A stretch of DNA of 64,000 nucleotides, taken from assembly GCF_001194135.2 (NCBI RefSeq), contig NC_068998.1, forward strand, positions 55,419,003-55,483,002, given 5' to 3'. Of this stretch, positions 35,761 to 48,450 are shown one piece after another; within the stretch, counting starts at the first letter, position 1, and each line of letters begins with the position of its first letter. A program made the translations under genes and the position numbers. Origin of the DNA: Octopus bimaculoides (lineage: Eukaryota). The notes below the pieces were generated by a model. It did not search any database. It was not told the DNA's origin and saw only the letters and a program-made list of their open reading frames with translations.

Positions 35761-38419
35761 TTAATAAAAGTTGTATGAGAAAAGACATTGAGCAAATGAA
35801 TGATTAAGGAGCATCTACCTTGGCGATACTGAGCGAGTGAGGAGGCATTATGTTAGAATGGGAAATGCTTTCTTCCAAAGTATAAAGAACATACAAGCAG
35901 TTTCTTTGTATATTATACGTAAATTTATACAATGTAACAAGTAGGCATAATTCTTGCCCCAAAGATCTTTGGAGGTTATTTTAATTGCAATTTTGTAAAA
36001 AGGAATAAATAAACCCAGAAAATTCAGTTTTAGTCTTTAAACTTAGGAATGCACACAAACGGGAGTTGAGTTAACCAAAGGAAGCGCCTAATTGATTACT
36101 TGTTGATAAATTCTGGGCAGAATAAGGGATTTAAAACACAGCTTTATATCACTGTATTTATTAGCAATATTTTGTTTATCTAGAATAAAATAAAAAAACA
36201 AAACATTAATACTAAATTAGGCCTATTCCCGTTTTATCTGTTATCTGAAGACAGGCTGCTGGGATAAAGGTGTGTAAAGTTCAATATATTTGGTTTTGTC
36301 ACTGTCAGATAAGAGAATGATACTAACACCTTTATATATATTCGATAAGTGAGATGCTAGCCTCAAATTAACTAAATGTTTATCGCAATGCACAACATGA
36401 AAGAATAAGCTTCTAATAGAAGAACGAAGAACCTGTAAAGCCCTTATAATGAAGGAATAAAATACAAAATATATTCAAAGGATAAACCATAATGCTTGGG
36501 GTTATATATATATATAAAAGAAGGCATTACCATATACAACATATAATCGTTAATAGCATAGACATGTCTAATGTATATTATGATGATACAGCGCGATGTA
36601 TAATTGAGGGAGTGTACATGCCTCTATTTTGTTTGTTTATAGATTTTTAAAAATACAGTTTATATTTGTAAAAACTGATTTTCGTGATGAAAAAGAATTT
36701 ATAAATTGTATAAGTTTATGCATAACCGTGTACACCAGACTATATAGCTCTATATTAACATTCTAATCATATCTAACATAGTTTTATCATATACGTTAAG
36801 ATAAATAACAATTTTATCATATATAATATATAGTCGTTGTGACAACATATATAATATACCATATTTTAATCATATAAAACTCCTTTCTTTATCACTCGTT
36901 CCATAATAAAAGAGTAGAGGAAAAGAAAATTAGAGGAAGCTGAACGAAGAGGAGTGGAAATGTATAAAATAGAGATGTAGGATTCGATAAACGATGATTT
37001 CAAAAATAAGACAATTGAAAATAAAAATGACATTTTAAAATAATGAGTCAGCGGTCGGTAAAGAAGAAGACCCATAAATAAATTCAGGGGACAATTTAAA
37101 GAAGTACAAAATTATTAAAGTTCTTTTGTATGCTAAGAGCCAAAATATTCTTACCCCTCAAGGAAATATAAAGCATTTTTTTTTAGAAATTAATGAAAGC
37201 AATTAAAGTCTCCCAACATTAAACGAGGACGAAGAGAGAGATTTTTATCGAAATGACTGGGGACGAAGCAACTGGAGAGGAGTATAATTTATTGGGATAT
37301 AATAGTATCAGGGATATTTCTATGTGTAGGCATTACTGGCGTGTCAAGTGAGAGAAGGAAGAAAGAGAAATGATTACAAACCGACATGAGGTTCTGTTGT
37401 GTAAGTAAAATGGTGATGGGAAGGGGGGGGGCAGACCAGACGACAGAGACACACAGAATATGTTGAGAGCTAAATAAATAAACAGAAATTATTGAGACGG
37501 GATTGAACAAATGTCATTCACGTATCTTACCAATCTGTTTTTGATGGTTCTAATGATAAAAATGGTTTATAAAAACGAATTCTTTTACCTGTTACTTGTA
37601 AAGGTTTCCGTGAATGCCTCGGCGTTTTTTTTTCTTGGTCCCCAACCCGGTACAAGGATGAGTAATCACTATGCGACAAGTGATTGGATAAATTAAAAAT
37701 GCGAGTTAAAATGCTTTTAAAACATTAAATATAAAATCATAATTGTTTATATAATTTTTAATAACCAATAATAGAATTTTACTTGAAATGATGTTATTTA
37801 GTATTTTCTGCTCATACTGACAATACCACTGGAGTCGTAATGTCTCGTGTTGATTGTAATATGTCGTGTCTCTTCCTCTTGTAGTTGTCTTTATTTACTT
37901 AATACATTACGCTGTATTAAATTATTGTGGAATAGACTGGTCTCTTTCTACCTTATTTTCTTTGCAGTAATTTTATCTCCTTATGTCAACATTTCCACGA
38001 TGGGTCTATTTTTATCGAGTCTACAAGAATGAGCCACTATTTAAAACATTGAATTAACAATCATTCAACTGTCTTCTCCCGCCTCGAATGAAGAGAGAAA
38101 TAGTCTTGTAATAAAGCAGCTTTTTTTTTTTTTTGCTTAATATCAACGGTTTTATATTAATTTAACGTTAACATCCTTAAAATCAACATTAATGGTAATA
38201 AATGTAGCAAAAACTTTTCAACTTAAAGATATTCCTCCCCAACCCAAATTCTCTGGAGAATTCTGAAATTTTCCCCAGTTTCAGAAATGCGACATTAACA
38301 AGATTTGCTGTGGATAATAATTAAATGTCTTCGGTAAAAGAAACAAACAAAAGAGTAAAGATAAAATATGAGGCGATGAATTATCAATAGAAATCCTGTC
38401 TGAACTTTTATTTTTTATG

Positions 38420-38900
38420 TTCCCTAAAACAAAGACATTGTCGATATACTGCGGGGCCAGCTCGTTTCAGAAAAATTGGGAATCGGTCAAAACTAATTGC
38501 TGTTAACAAGTTCCAAAAATTGGAGTTTAGTGTGTTTTTGTGGGAAGAAGGGAGTGAAGGTATTCCACAATCGAAGAGATAATATGGAAGACCTGTGCGT
38601 GATGCTAGTTGCAAAAACTGAAAATCAGGACAGGAGACGAGGTCAGATGTGGGTATATCCGGTAGTTTTAAGGAGAGGACAAACGAAAGAAGGTTAAATT
38701 CGTGATGGGAGTAAAAGCAGACAACAATCGGGTTTATATTATAATTGTCCGAGAGAGTAGGCAAATAAATAGCTTTCTTCTGCATTCTGTTTAAGACGTC
38801 AATAACCAAAGGCTTTCTAGCGCGATTCTAAAACATGTCAACAGTCTTCTTATTCTAGTCTGAGTATATAATAGCACTAAAACGAAGGCATGATTTCTTT
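38420..38900 (-). mobile_element. Degenerate CR1/Crack-like LINE C-terminal fragment
   Basis: ORF 38408..38809 (IDVLNRMQKKAIYL…NSNFWNLL…FPIFLKR) resembles the L.R.Q.KA..L…WN.LP…FK C-terminus of CR1-group ORF2. Confidence 0.45.
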
Positions 38901-39799
38901 AATATTGTTTTGGCAGTGTAAAGAATTTCTTACTTAAACATGTGAAAAGAATCCACGAAGATGGAAAAAGGGTATATATTGTAGTTCTCTCCCTATTCTG
39001 CAAACGAGGGTAGAACAAAAGTGCCATAGTGTGAAAGTGGACAAAAGCCCCACGGTTGTATTTTTCGTTTTTTTTTTTTTTCAACTTTTACTTGTTTCAG
39101 TCATTAGACTGGCCGTGCTGGAGCACCGCCTTGAAGGATTTTTAGTTAAACATATTCACATCAGAATTTTCTTTTATTTTTACTTGTTGCAGTTATTAGA
39201 CTGCGGCCATGCTGGGGCACCACCTTGAACAAATTTTAGTCGCAGAAAAATGAGCATTTTAAAATTTTAATTCAAAGTCGTTTGTTTTTTTTCTCTCAGC
39301 ACTTATAAATTAATGAGAATGAACCGACGTTTTGAACTTTCTCCGGCCGTTGAAGGCCTTTAAGAATTAAGGGGCCGAAGGCTAGTCATTCAGACGTACT
39401 CCTTTACGTTTTTTATGTTTCTAAACATTTCTTGAAGTAAATGTTTTCCCTTTTGTTAGAATTCAGACACTATGTACATTGACTAGAGTCTTGTGTTCTG
39501 TTATTCTACTTATCTATTTTCGATTGAATATATTTTGTTTATTTAAAAATTGGTATTTTTTGTTTTTTTTTACAATTGCAATTTCTGTTTTTGTTGACGT
39601 GAAATTATAAAAATTCTGTTTTTTTTTTTAAAGATTTGGCTGTTATTTCTAGTATGTGGAGAGGCTGAACTTCATGTGCTGGTTGAAGATTCTGGGGTTG
39701 ATGCATTCGACTAAAAATTCCTCACGGTGGTGCCCCAGTATGGCCACAGTCCACTGACTGCAACAATTAAAAAGAAAAAAAAAACGAAAAAATAGCAGC

Positions 39800-40430
39800 A
39801 AAATATAGCTGAGCATAAACCCCCAAAAAGTGTAAAGACTACCTGCATAAAAAACGATGTAAAGGAAATGCTGATCAATGTGAATAACTGGGAAGAAGCA
39901 GCTTTGATAAGGGCTGAGTGAACGAAGTGTATGAAGGGAAGTTGTAAAACTTTTGAAGAGGGCTGCCTTGAACACAAAAGCCTAAAGCATTGGCTTTGAA
40001 GAGCCTGTCATCAGAACCTTAATGTGAACATGAAGTGTTGGAGGTGTGTAACATGTGGCCATGTGTTCCTTTCTAAGGTTGGATATGTCGATCATCTGAA
40101 GTCCCATGAAAGATCAACTGTATGCAATGTTCTCCTTCCTAGAACTGATGATTTGACTTGTGTAGTGTGTAAAAAAGGGGCTTGTAAGTCAATTTTAAAT
40201 CAAAAGAGACATGTGGCAGTTTACAGGAATCATATCTCACAAAGTGATCCAATCAGTCCAGTAGGAGTTATAACTTTTGTCTGTCATCTGTGCTTCAAAC
40301 CATGCAGATCTGCAGTGAGACTGACTTGTCCTCTGAGAGGTCATAGATGGAATATCAGAAATGCTATTGACAAAGAGGAAGCTCAAAGAAACAGTAATCA
40401 TCTGTGAAGGTGAAGCATCCATCATGAATG
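39800..40430 (+). mobile_element. RTE/BovB-like LINE C-terminus with C2H2-type zinc fingers
   Basis: NWEEAALIRAE…CKTFEEGCLEHK…, then CVTCGHVFLSKVGYVDHLKSH, CVVCKK…KRH and CHLCFKPC…H in ORF 40024..40407. Confidence 0.7.
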
Positions 40431-42960
40431 TATGGATGGATAGATGCAAGCATGCATGAATGCATATATATGATGAGCTACCATACAGTTTCCATCTTCC
40501 AGATTGGTCTAGTTGAAGCTGTTGTAGAATATACTTGCCCAAAGTACCAAGCAGTGTGACTGAACCTGGAATCACATGGTTATGAATCAAATTCTGAACC
40601 ACTCAACTTGTTCTTGAGAATTTCAGTGTTAGCAACTGTATTGTCTTCAACTATGTCAAGTATAGGGTTACCTGTCCGTGGTCTACATTACTTGCAAGAC
40701 AAATATCTTTTATCTTGGAGAGGGGGCATTGGAGAAAGTGATCATGTGTCAGATGATGAAAGGTTATAGTGAGAGAGAGAGAGAGAAACAGGTGTTTTGC
40801 TGTCGAGGAGGTACAAGGTTACCTGTCCGGAGAGAGAGATTAGGAATGAGGACAGAAATAGGTGTGCTGCTGTAAAGGAGATACATGGTTACCCAACGTG
40901 AGGGAAGGGCAGAAGGAAGTTTTGGTTTTTGTTTTTATACAGGAGCATCTCAGTCAGTGAATCCTTTTCTCACATCACCCTCTCCCAACTTCCCCACTTC
41001 CCAATATCACTTTTCTCTCTTGCTATCCAGAACCATCTCACATTGTTAGTCATCATTCATACATTAATATTGTTCTCCACACCCACATGTTATAATGTTC
41101 TTCCCATCACTCCTGGCCCAACAAATTATCTTTTCTCATACCTTACACCTGACTATCTATTTACTCTGCTTTCACACCCTGCCCAAATACATCATCTCTC
41201 TTCTTCCCCTATAAATGGTATCATTAATACTACCAGGTCACTAGCATCCCTCTCACTTTCCCAACTCGTGCATCTCCTCCCTTCAGTTTTTCCAAGGCTT
41301 TACAAATGTTGCTTTCCTTACTCTCCCCCATTTCCCCCATCTCTTTCCTCCTACACTCTTCCAAACTCTCACCCACTCTTACTCACATCGTGCCTTGAGG
41401 TGTCACCTGGACACCCGACCACCCCTGTCTGTCTCATTGGAGATACCACTAAGTCATTCTCACTCTCTCTCCTAAATGTAAGTAGCCATGGAGCTCCTCT
41501 ACAACAAGAACCTGTTCAACCTCCTACCCTCATACCTTAACCCCCATCTAACATAAGGACACAGCATTCTCCTTCCTCCTCAGGTTTGTAAATTTGTGAG
41601 CTGCATAGTAAGCTTCATAGTGTTGGTAATAAAATGCAACCGGTACAAACTGTAAAGTGGTTGGCATTAGGAAGAGCAAGCCAAAGCAGACAATGGAGCT
41701 TGATGCATTCCTTGCTCTCATCAGAACCTTACCAAGCCCTCTAACCCATGCTAGTATGGAATATGGACGTTAACTGTTGATGGTACTTTTATATTGCCAG
41801 ATAGTATATTACTGCAGTATTTTGCCAATAATAATGATAAACACATGCACTGGTTTAACACCATAGGATTTTGACAAACAGCTTATTGATTGTTTAACTA
41901 ATGCATGAAGTAAATAAGCAATCGATTAATTGATTAGTTAGCTAGTTAAATAATTACTATCAATAAAGAAGAAGTAGTATTCTTTTCTACTTTAGGCACA
42001 AGCCCTGGAATTTTGGGGGAGGGGGGGCAGTCGATAAGATTGACCCTAGTTTGCAACTGGTACTTAATTTATTGACCTCAAAAGGAAGAAAGGCTAAGTC
42101 AACCTTGACAGAATAAAGAAGTAGTATTGAATGAATGAAACAAGTAAAAGAATAAAAGAATAGTGTATCTAGGACTGCATTAACCAATATGTCCTAAAAA
42201 TACCCCGTAAGGTGTGATTTTGGAGAGATATGCTTTACTGCATCCAGCAAGTTTAGTAACTGCATAAGCTTGTTCAGATTCTTGCATTTACTTTTGATTA
42301 AATCTTAATTATTGTATTACATTTTTGGAAGATTTTAATTAAATTTAAGAATGAATTTTCATTATCAACATTTAAAAAAATTCTAAGAAAAAATAAAACG
42401 CAAATTATATATAAAGCACTGATGAAGTTAGTGATGGCGTATTTGATGTAAGTTCAGAAAGGTTTGACGCAATCAATCAGGATTGAAATAATTCTAAAAG
42501 ATAAGGGAGACAACCCTGAAAATTTTATTTAAAATTGGTTACATATTGAATATGTTAGGAAGTGAGATTGGTTTTTGGAAGGGCCATGACAACTCTAGAC
42601 AACTCAGTGAAGCATGAGGTAACTGAGACGGTTAAATTTAAGAATGGTTATAACTTTTTCCTTTTCTTACTTGTGATTGAATCCCAACCAGAATTGCAAT
42701 TAGAGTTGAGATTTGAATCAGAGAAAACAATTTAAAAATCAAAGACATATAAAGTTGAAGCAATATGTAATCTGTTTATGGTTGTCTTCTCATAAAAATA
42801 AAATATAATAAAATCTGATTTGTTATTTACATATTTGCATTCATTTACGTGAGCATTGTGTGGTTCACATTCTTGTAGAAAATACTATAGATTTCAACTT
42901 TCAGCTGAAATACATAGAGTCAACATGGAATATAATGGCCTAACAAATGACTTGACTAAC

Positions 42961-42961
<1 letters not shown>

Positions 42962-42991
<30 letters not shown>

Positions 42992-43621
42992 GTCGTTTAA
43001 CGTCCGCTTTCCATGCTAGCATGGGTTGGACGATTTGACTGAGGACTGGTGAGACCGGATGGCAACACCAGGCTCCAATCTAATTTGGCAGAGTTTCTAC
43101 AGCTGGATGCCCTTCCTAACGCCAACCACTCAGAGAGTGTAGTGGGTGCTTTTACGTGTCACCCGCATGAAAACGGCCATGCTCGAAATGGTGTCTTTTA
43201 TNNNNNNNNNNNNNNNNNNNNNNNNNNNNNNNNNNNNNNNNNNNNNNNNNNNNNNNNNNNNNNNNNNNNNNNNNNNNNNNNNNNNNNNNNNNNNNNNNNN
43301 NNNNNNNNNNNNNNNNNNNNNNNNNNNNNNNNNNNNNNNNNNNNNNNNNNNNNNNNNNNNNNNNCTTCTCACGCACAGCACATTTCCAAAGGTCTCGGTC
43401 AGTAGTCATCGCCTCGGTGAGGCCCAATGTACGAAGGTCTTGCCTCACCACCTCAGCCCAGGTCTTCCTGGGCCTACCTCTTCCACGGGTTCTCTCAACT
43501 GTTAGGGTGTGGCACTTTTTCACGCAGCTATCCTCATCCATTCTCACCACATGTCCATACCAGCGCAATCGTCTCTCTTGCACACCACAATTGATGCTTC
43601 TAATGTTCAACTTTTCTCTCA
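42962..43621 (-). mobile_element. 5'-truncated RTE-X-like LINE spanning an N gap
   Basis: (ATC)n tail at 42962-42993; ORF 43152..43622 (RRLRWYGHVVRMDEDSCVKKC…GRGRPRKTW). Confidence 0.88.
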
Positions 43622-44034
43622 AGATACAACAATTTAAAAGTCATTAATCATTAAAGGAACCTCTACAGAGTCTCTGCACATGCTACAAATAGCAGCCAAA
43701 ACTTGCTTTGTGACCTTATTTCTGAAACACACTGCCTTGTTGCAATTAATTTGTAGAATAATGAAGAATTTAGAGATAATAGCTTTGTCATTATTAATCT
43801 GGTGCTTGAAACAGATCAACATGGAATTTTGATGGAAAATTTTAATTTAGATTACTTAAAAACATATTAGATAATGTAGTCCCAGGTACATTATGCTCTT
43901 AAGGAAAAAATATAAATATGATTATGGCTCAATTGGTTTTTGATCAGTGATTGGTTCAAGAGGGATGATACAGGGCTAAACATAATCTACAGAAGATATA
44001 ATGCAATGATAATCTGGGGGTCTGCATTAGTACC

Positions 44035-44244
44035 AGCAATTTATCTTTCATCTTTCACTTGTTTCAGTCATTGGACTGCGGTCATGCTGGTGCAAAACTT
44101 TGGAAGATTTAGTCAAATAAATTGCCCCAGTACTTATTATTTTGGTCACTATTGCTGAACTGGTAAGTTACAGAAACATAAACAAACCTACACCAGTTGT
44201 CAAGTGGCAGTGGGGGCAAACACAAAGACATACACACTCTCCCC

Positions 44245-44286
<42 letters not shown>

Positions 44287-44455
44287 TGTGACAGGTTTCC
44301 ACTCATTTTCCATGAACCAAATCTACTCATAAGGAATTGGTCAGCTGATGGCTATAGTAGAAGACACTTGCCCAAGGTGCCATGCAGTGGGATTGAACTC
44401 AGAACCACATTGTTGCAAAGAAAGCATCTTCATCTCCTTAACCACATGGGCATGC
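44035..44455 (-). mobile_element. tRNA-type SINE, family B (head …gtggttaaga…gttca.tcccactgc.tggcaccttgggcaagtgtcttct)
   Basis: Internal (CA)/(CT) microsatellite; related copies at about 12140-12275, 51860-52205, 53760-54065, 55378-55530, 59405-59475 and 59570-59690. Confidence 0.75.
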
Positions 44456-44789
44456 CTACGCTAATGAAATAACAAAAAATTTCAAGAACAAAAAACTATA
44501 AAAATGGAATGTAAAAAACAGGAATACACACACACACACGCAAGATATCATCTTCCATCATATAATGGAATACACATACATACACATTAACATTCCTACC
44601 AGACACTCATATACCAATCCCAAGCAAGAAAACCATAAACTTGAAATTGAATCTGGCACAATCATTAGAATAAATATAGTATTTGTTCAGTTTCTTTACA
44701 GTCTGTGTTCAAATCCTGCCAAGGTCACATATGCTTTTCATCTCTTCAACATCAATAAAATAATGTAATAGCCAAGTACTTAGTTTGAC

Positions 44790-45310
44790 AATCCTCTCCC
44801 TCCAAATTTTAGTTCTTGTGTCTTTGCTAGAAACTATGACAGCTTACTACATCAAACATGCCATCATATCTACTACCTTTTACGATCTTCCTGGGCATTC
44901 CAGAAAATTTATTTCCCTTGTATTTATTGCTCCTACACATCTGCATCAAACAAAGTGTACACTCTCTCTTAATTTTCCAGTGATTCTCCTGCAGCACTTG
45001 AGTGTCCATAGTTTGCACTGAGTACACTGTAAAGAATTTCTACCAACACCTTTTCTACATATCAAGCAGGGCCATTTTTCTTATTAGAGTAGCATCCTGT
45101 CTGTATTCTTCTTTACTAAAACTTTGGTTTTTTTAAAGTTTAATGTCCTTTGATTCCAGATTTTGCTTCCACACCAACAATTCAGATTCAGCTGTAGGAA
45201 CAAGGTTATCAGCACAGGGAATTTCCATGGACAGCTGGTCTTAAACTCCTCTGTTATGGCCTGGAAGGACAATGATAAATAACATGAAGCAGAGAGCTAA
45301 GTCCAGTAGA
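44790..45310 (-). mobile_element. Highly degenerate RTE-X-like RT fragment
   Basis: ORF 45084..45272 (QAITEEFKTSCPW…KKTKVLV) aligns by eye with the RT/YxDD region of the other copies. Confidence 0.65.
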
Positions 45311-45869
45311 ACTTCTGCTTACACACTAAATTTGTCACTCTATTCTTTGTTTTTTTTCCTCCACCTTAGCCACTGTGTTCAGGACCCTTCAAAGTTCTCA
45401 GCAGAGTGCCAAAGTATTTTGTCCTGGATATAAATGGCAGGAAAGATCTGTCAGCATCAACCTAGAAAAGGCTCAACTCCACCACTTGATGCAATGACAC
45501 CAGCACATTCTTCAACTGATACTTCCACATATGTTCCAATGATGACAATAAGATCGGATCAGCAGCTACACTGGCCTTCTTCACTTGTACAGTACGTAAA
45601 GAAAAAAGAGAATTTTCTGTCAATGTTACACTGACCTATTTATTTTTGTTTTGTTTTTATTTTTCACATTCCTGGTTTTGCAATCTTTTCCAACATAAGC
45701 GCTTGTTCAGTACTTCATGTATAAGATAGCATTGTCCATGAAAACATCTTCTCATAGTGCAATTTAACCAACGTCTTCAATCTTGCATTCACCCTTTTCT
45801 AATGCTTGCTTCTGTTATATACCTCACATCTGCAATTGTTGCACTATTCTTATCATTTCATTCAATTCA

Positions 45870-46830
45870 GTGACCAAAGTTTCACTGGCAGGAAAGTCAT
45901 GTGGCAGGAATGTTCAGCAATTGCCTAATGTGGTCACACACATTCATTATGTCATAGGATGCTCAAATTACCTGCTTTGTTAGTTGACATCACTTCCTGG
46001 GCATTCTCCCTTATTTCACACTTGCCCAAGTTTGCATACATAAACGAGCAGGTCCATGTTCAACACTGACTGTTATTGCTTATGTTATCCATCACCAGAT
46101 ATTAGGTGTAGAAGTGATGAACCTGATTTTGAGGCTGACATGAATGAGACGATCAAAACTGCTTAATGCTGTCAAAGAGCTTGCAATGAGGTTGCTTTGT
46201 GATTACTGTGAGAAAAGCAAGCTGGATATATTTGCCTTTCTTTTTCACACAGAAGTGGGGCAGCTTTTATGTGGAGATGTTCTTAATGATGTTTGAGAGT
46301 TCATAACTGAACTTAAAACCTTCTTTGCAGATAAGTGAAGTAATTCCATTTGATTAGCACGTTTCTCATTATTCAGTTACTATTTTTAGCTACGTCAATG
46401 CATTGATCAAAGAACTGCAAGTGAAAAACATCAATGAAGGAATTAAGTTTTGGTGATATCAAAGAAATAATTACAAGGAATCTTCTCAAACTCAAACAAT
46501 CTGTTTATTTATTTTCTCAAGCTTGATTCACATGTTGTCAGTTGGTTTTAGAAACCTTTCAATGGTAAAATTATTGATGATCCTGAATAGACCAAACAAT
46601 TAGGAGGGTGAAACACTTGGGGAATTTCAGTACAAGGTGAATCTTTCATTTTTATTTTCTTAACTGTCAAAAGTTCAGAGGTTTTCAAAACTGCACATGT
46701 GAAAATACAAACACAATGCTTCCTTTTATCCAGTTTGTGAAAAAGGATTTTCTATTCTTTTGAACTTGAAAACAAAATACAGAAATTGGCTGGACTCTGA
46801 AGACAGTATCAAAGTTTCTCTGATATGGGG
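45870..46830 (+). mobile_element. Degenerate hAT (Charlie/Buster-like) transposase remnant
   Basis: Broken frames read PNVVTHIHYVI, FLFHTEVGQLLCG and FSYVNALIKELQ.KN, resembling THC.IHR, LLFHTEVRWLSRG and LN.LN..LQG.N motifs. Confidence 0.6.
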
Positions 46831-47989
46831 GTCAAAAAAAAAAAAAAAGTAAGCAACAACTTCATTTTGATCTTATATATATAAAAAAAAATGAGTAAAA
46901 AATTTTTTTTCAGAACCTTAGGTCAACATTTTTGACTTATTCTTAATTTCTTGATATCAATGGTATTTAATGTTTTTTAATATAAAATTTTGTACACCAT
47001 ATTAAACAATTTCAAAAGTATTATGTTTTTGTTCACTATGGAATCTTAGTCTTGTGGAGCCGAAGGAAACCTCAGTAATGCTGGGATCCTGATGCAGTTA
47101 CTGCATGCTACAGTACACAGTGAAATGGTTTGAGAAATAAGCAGATGCAGTGTAGGAGTAAAGACTCTTTTGTCTTGTTGAGAACATGGCAGTCTCTCCC
47201 CCCACCCCCACCCAGTGCTTGTAACATGATAAAATGAACCCAGTACAATCTATTACGTGGTTGGCGATAAGAAGGTCATCCAACCTTAGAAACTATGCTA
47301 ACAATTAAACTTTGTAAGTAGGACATGGTTATCCAACCACTCTAGAAGGAGAGTAGCTCCATATAAAAAAGACTAATTCAGATTGACAATCTGTCCAACC
47401 TTTGAAATGCATAAAAATGCTGCTGATGATGCTGCTGCTGCTGCTGCTGAAAAGAATTTCTGATCCTTTCACTACATGGTCAATAGCAATGCTAGAAATA
47501 GCAACCGAATCTCACTCAAATTATACCTTACTATCTTAACGAAAAGACAAAAGAATTTATAGGTTCAGTAAGTTGCGTTCTTGTGAGGAGTGAAAAACTT
47601 TAATGTTTCAAATGCAGATTCTTTGATAGAATGGTTAAATACTGACTATACTCGAAGTTTCAAACTTTTCCACACCTCACAGCAGTTAAACTTATTGACA
47701 TTTAGAAACTCTTTTAGGTTCTGCCACCATTATTACCTATGCAGACCTCACTCCATGTCAATTTTCACTGATTCCAGATTTTATCCTTAAAAAAAAAAAA
47801 GAGGATACATTTGCAGCAAGAATATTCAGCAATCATCCAATGCCTGGAATGTTGCTCATGTGATCAGTGAATCAGACCAATCACAAATAGGTTCCAGTGA
47901 TCATAGCAACTTTTGGACGTGCTCCTTTCGGAACCTTTCATTGTTATAAAAATTGGGACACACGTCCACTTGGCAGAGAACATGGTAAC

Positions 47990-48450
47990 AGTGGGAGATG
48001 AGGGTTAGGGTTAGGGTTGTGGTGGAAGGCAGGAGGCTGAGGTGTTACAACTGTGGACAGTTGGGACACATAAGGGCCAAGTGCCCCCCCCCCCCGTAGA
48101 GGGACCAAAAGAAGATCCAGTGGAGACTGCATCTCTGACAGTCATAACATCAAGAACTGAGAAGGATGGAAGCGAGGAACTTGGAGTACAAAAGGAAAAA
48201 ATCAATAGAATGGGCAGAGGTGGGCAGGAAGAAGAGGAAAGGAAGAAAGCAGCGAATGAGTGAAGAAGAGCCCCAACTCATTCCCCTCATGCTCCACACC
48301 CACTCCCCCTGCAACACCAGCCCTCTCCTTACCCCACCAGACATGAACACAAATGGTGCAAACACGCAAGAGCCACAAGTTCCCAATTCCCCCATACAGG
48401 GAGGGGTATCTTGTCAACGTTATCTGCACACATCTTTCAACTTTCTATAG
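47990..48450 (+). mobile_element. ORF1/gag-like fragment with intact CCHC zinc knuckle
   Basis: RVRVRVVVEGRRLRCYNCGQLGHIRAKC (knuckle 48043-48084), then a frameshift in a 12-C run into an acidic/basic tail (ORF 48042..48263). Confidence 0.75.

Noticed and set aside
38408-38809. 133-aa ORF or TATA-containing promoter candidate
   Set aside because: Better explained as a decayed CR1/Crack-like ORF2 C-terminus.
40929-41540. 203-aa ORF, the longest gap-free ORF in the track
   Set aside because: Low-complexity pyrimidine-rich repeat sequence with partial homology to about 59505-59552; no protein motif.
42415-42475. CTGATGA…GAAAGGTT hammerhead-like string
   Set aside because: No convincing stem I or stem II pairing.
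46380-46389. Perfect MEF2 site CTATTTTTAG
   Set aside because: Lies inside a decayed hAT coding remnant with no supporting context.
48001-48016. (TTAGGG)n-like run suggesting an interstitial telomere
   Set aside because: It is in frame as RVRVRV directly before the CCHC knuckle and aligns with KLRV in the homologous copy; only about 2.5 units.
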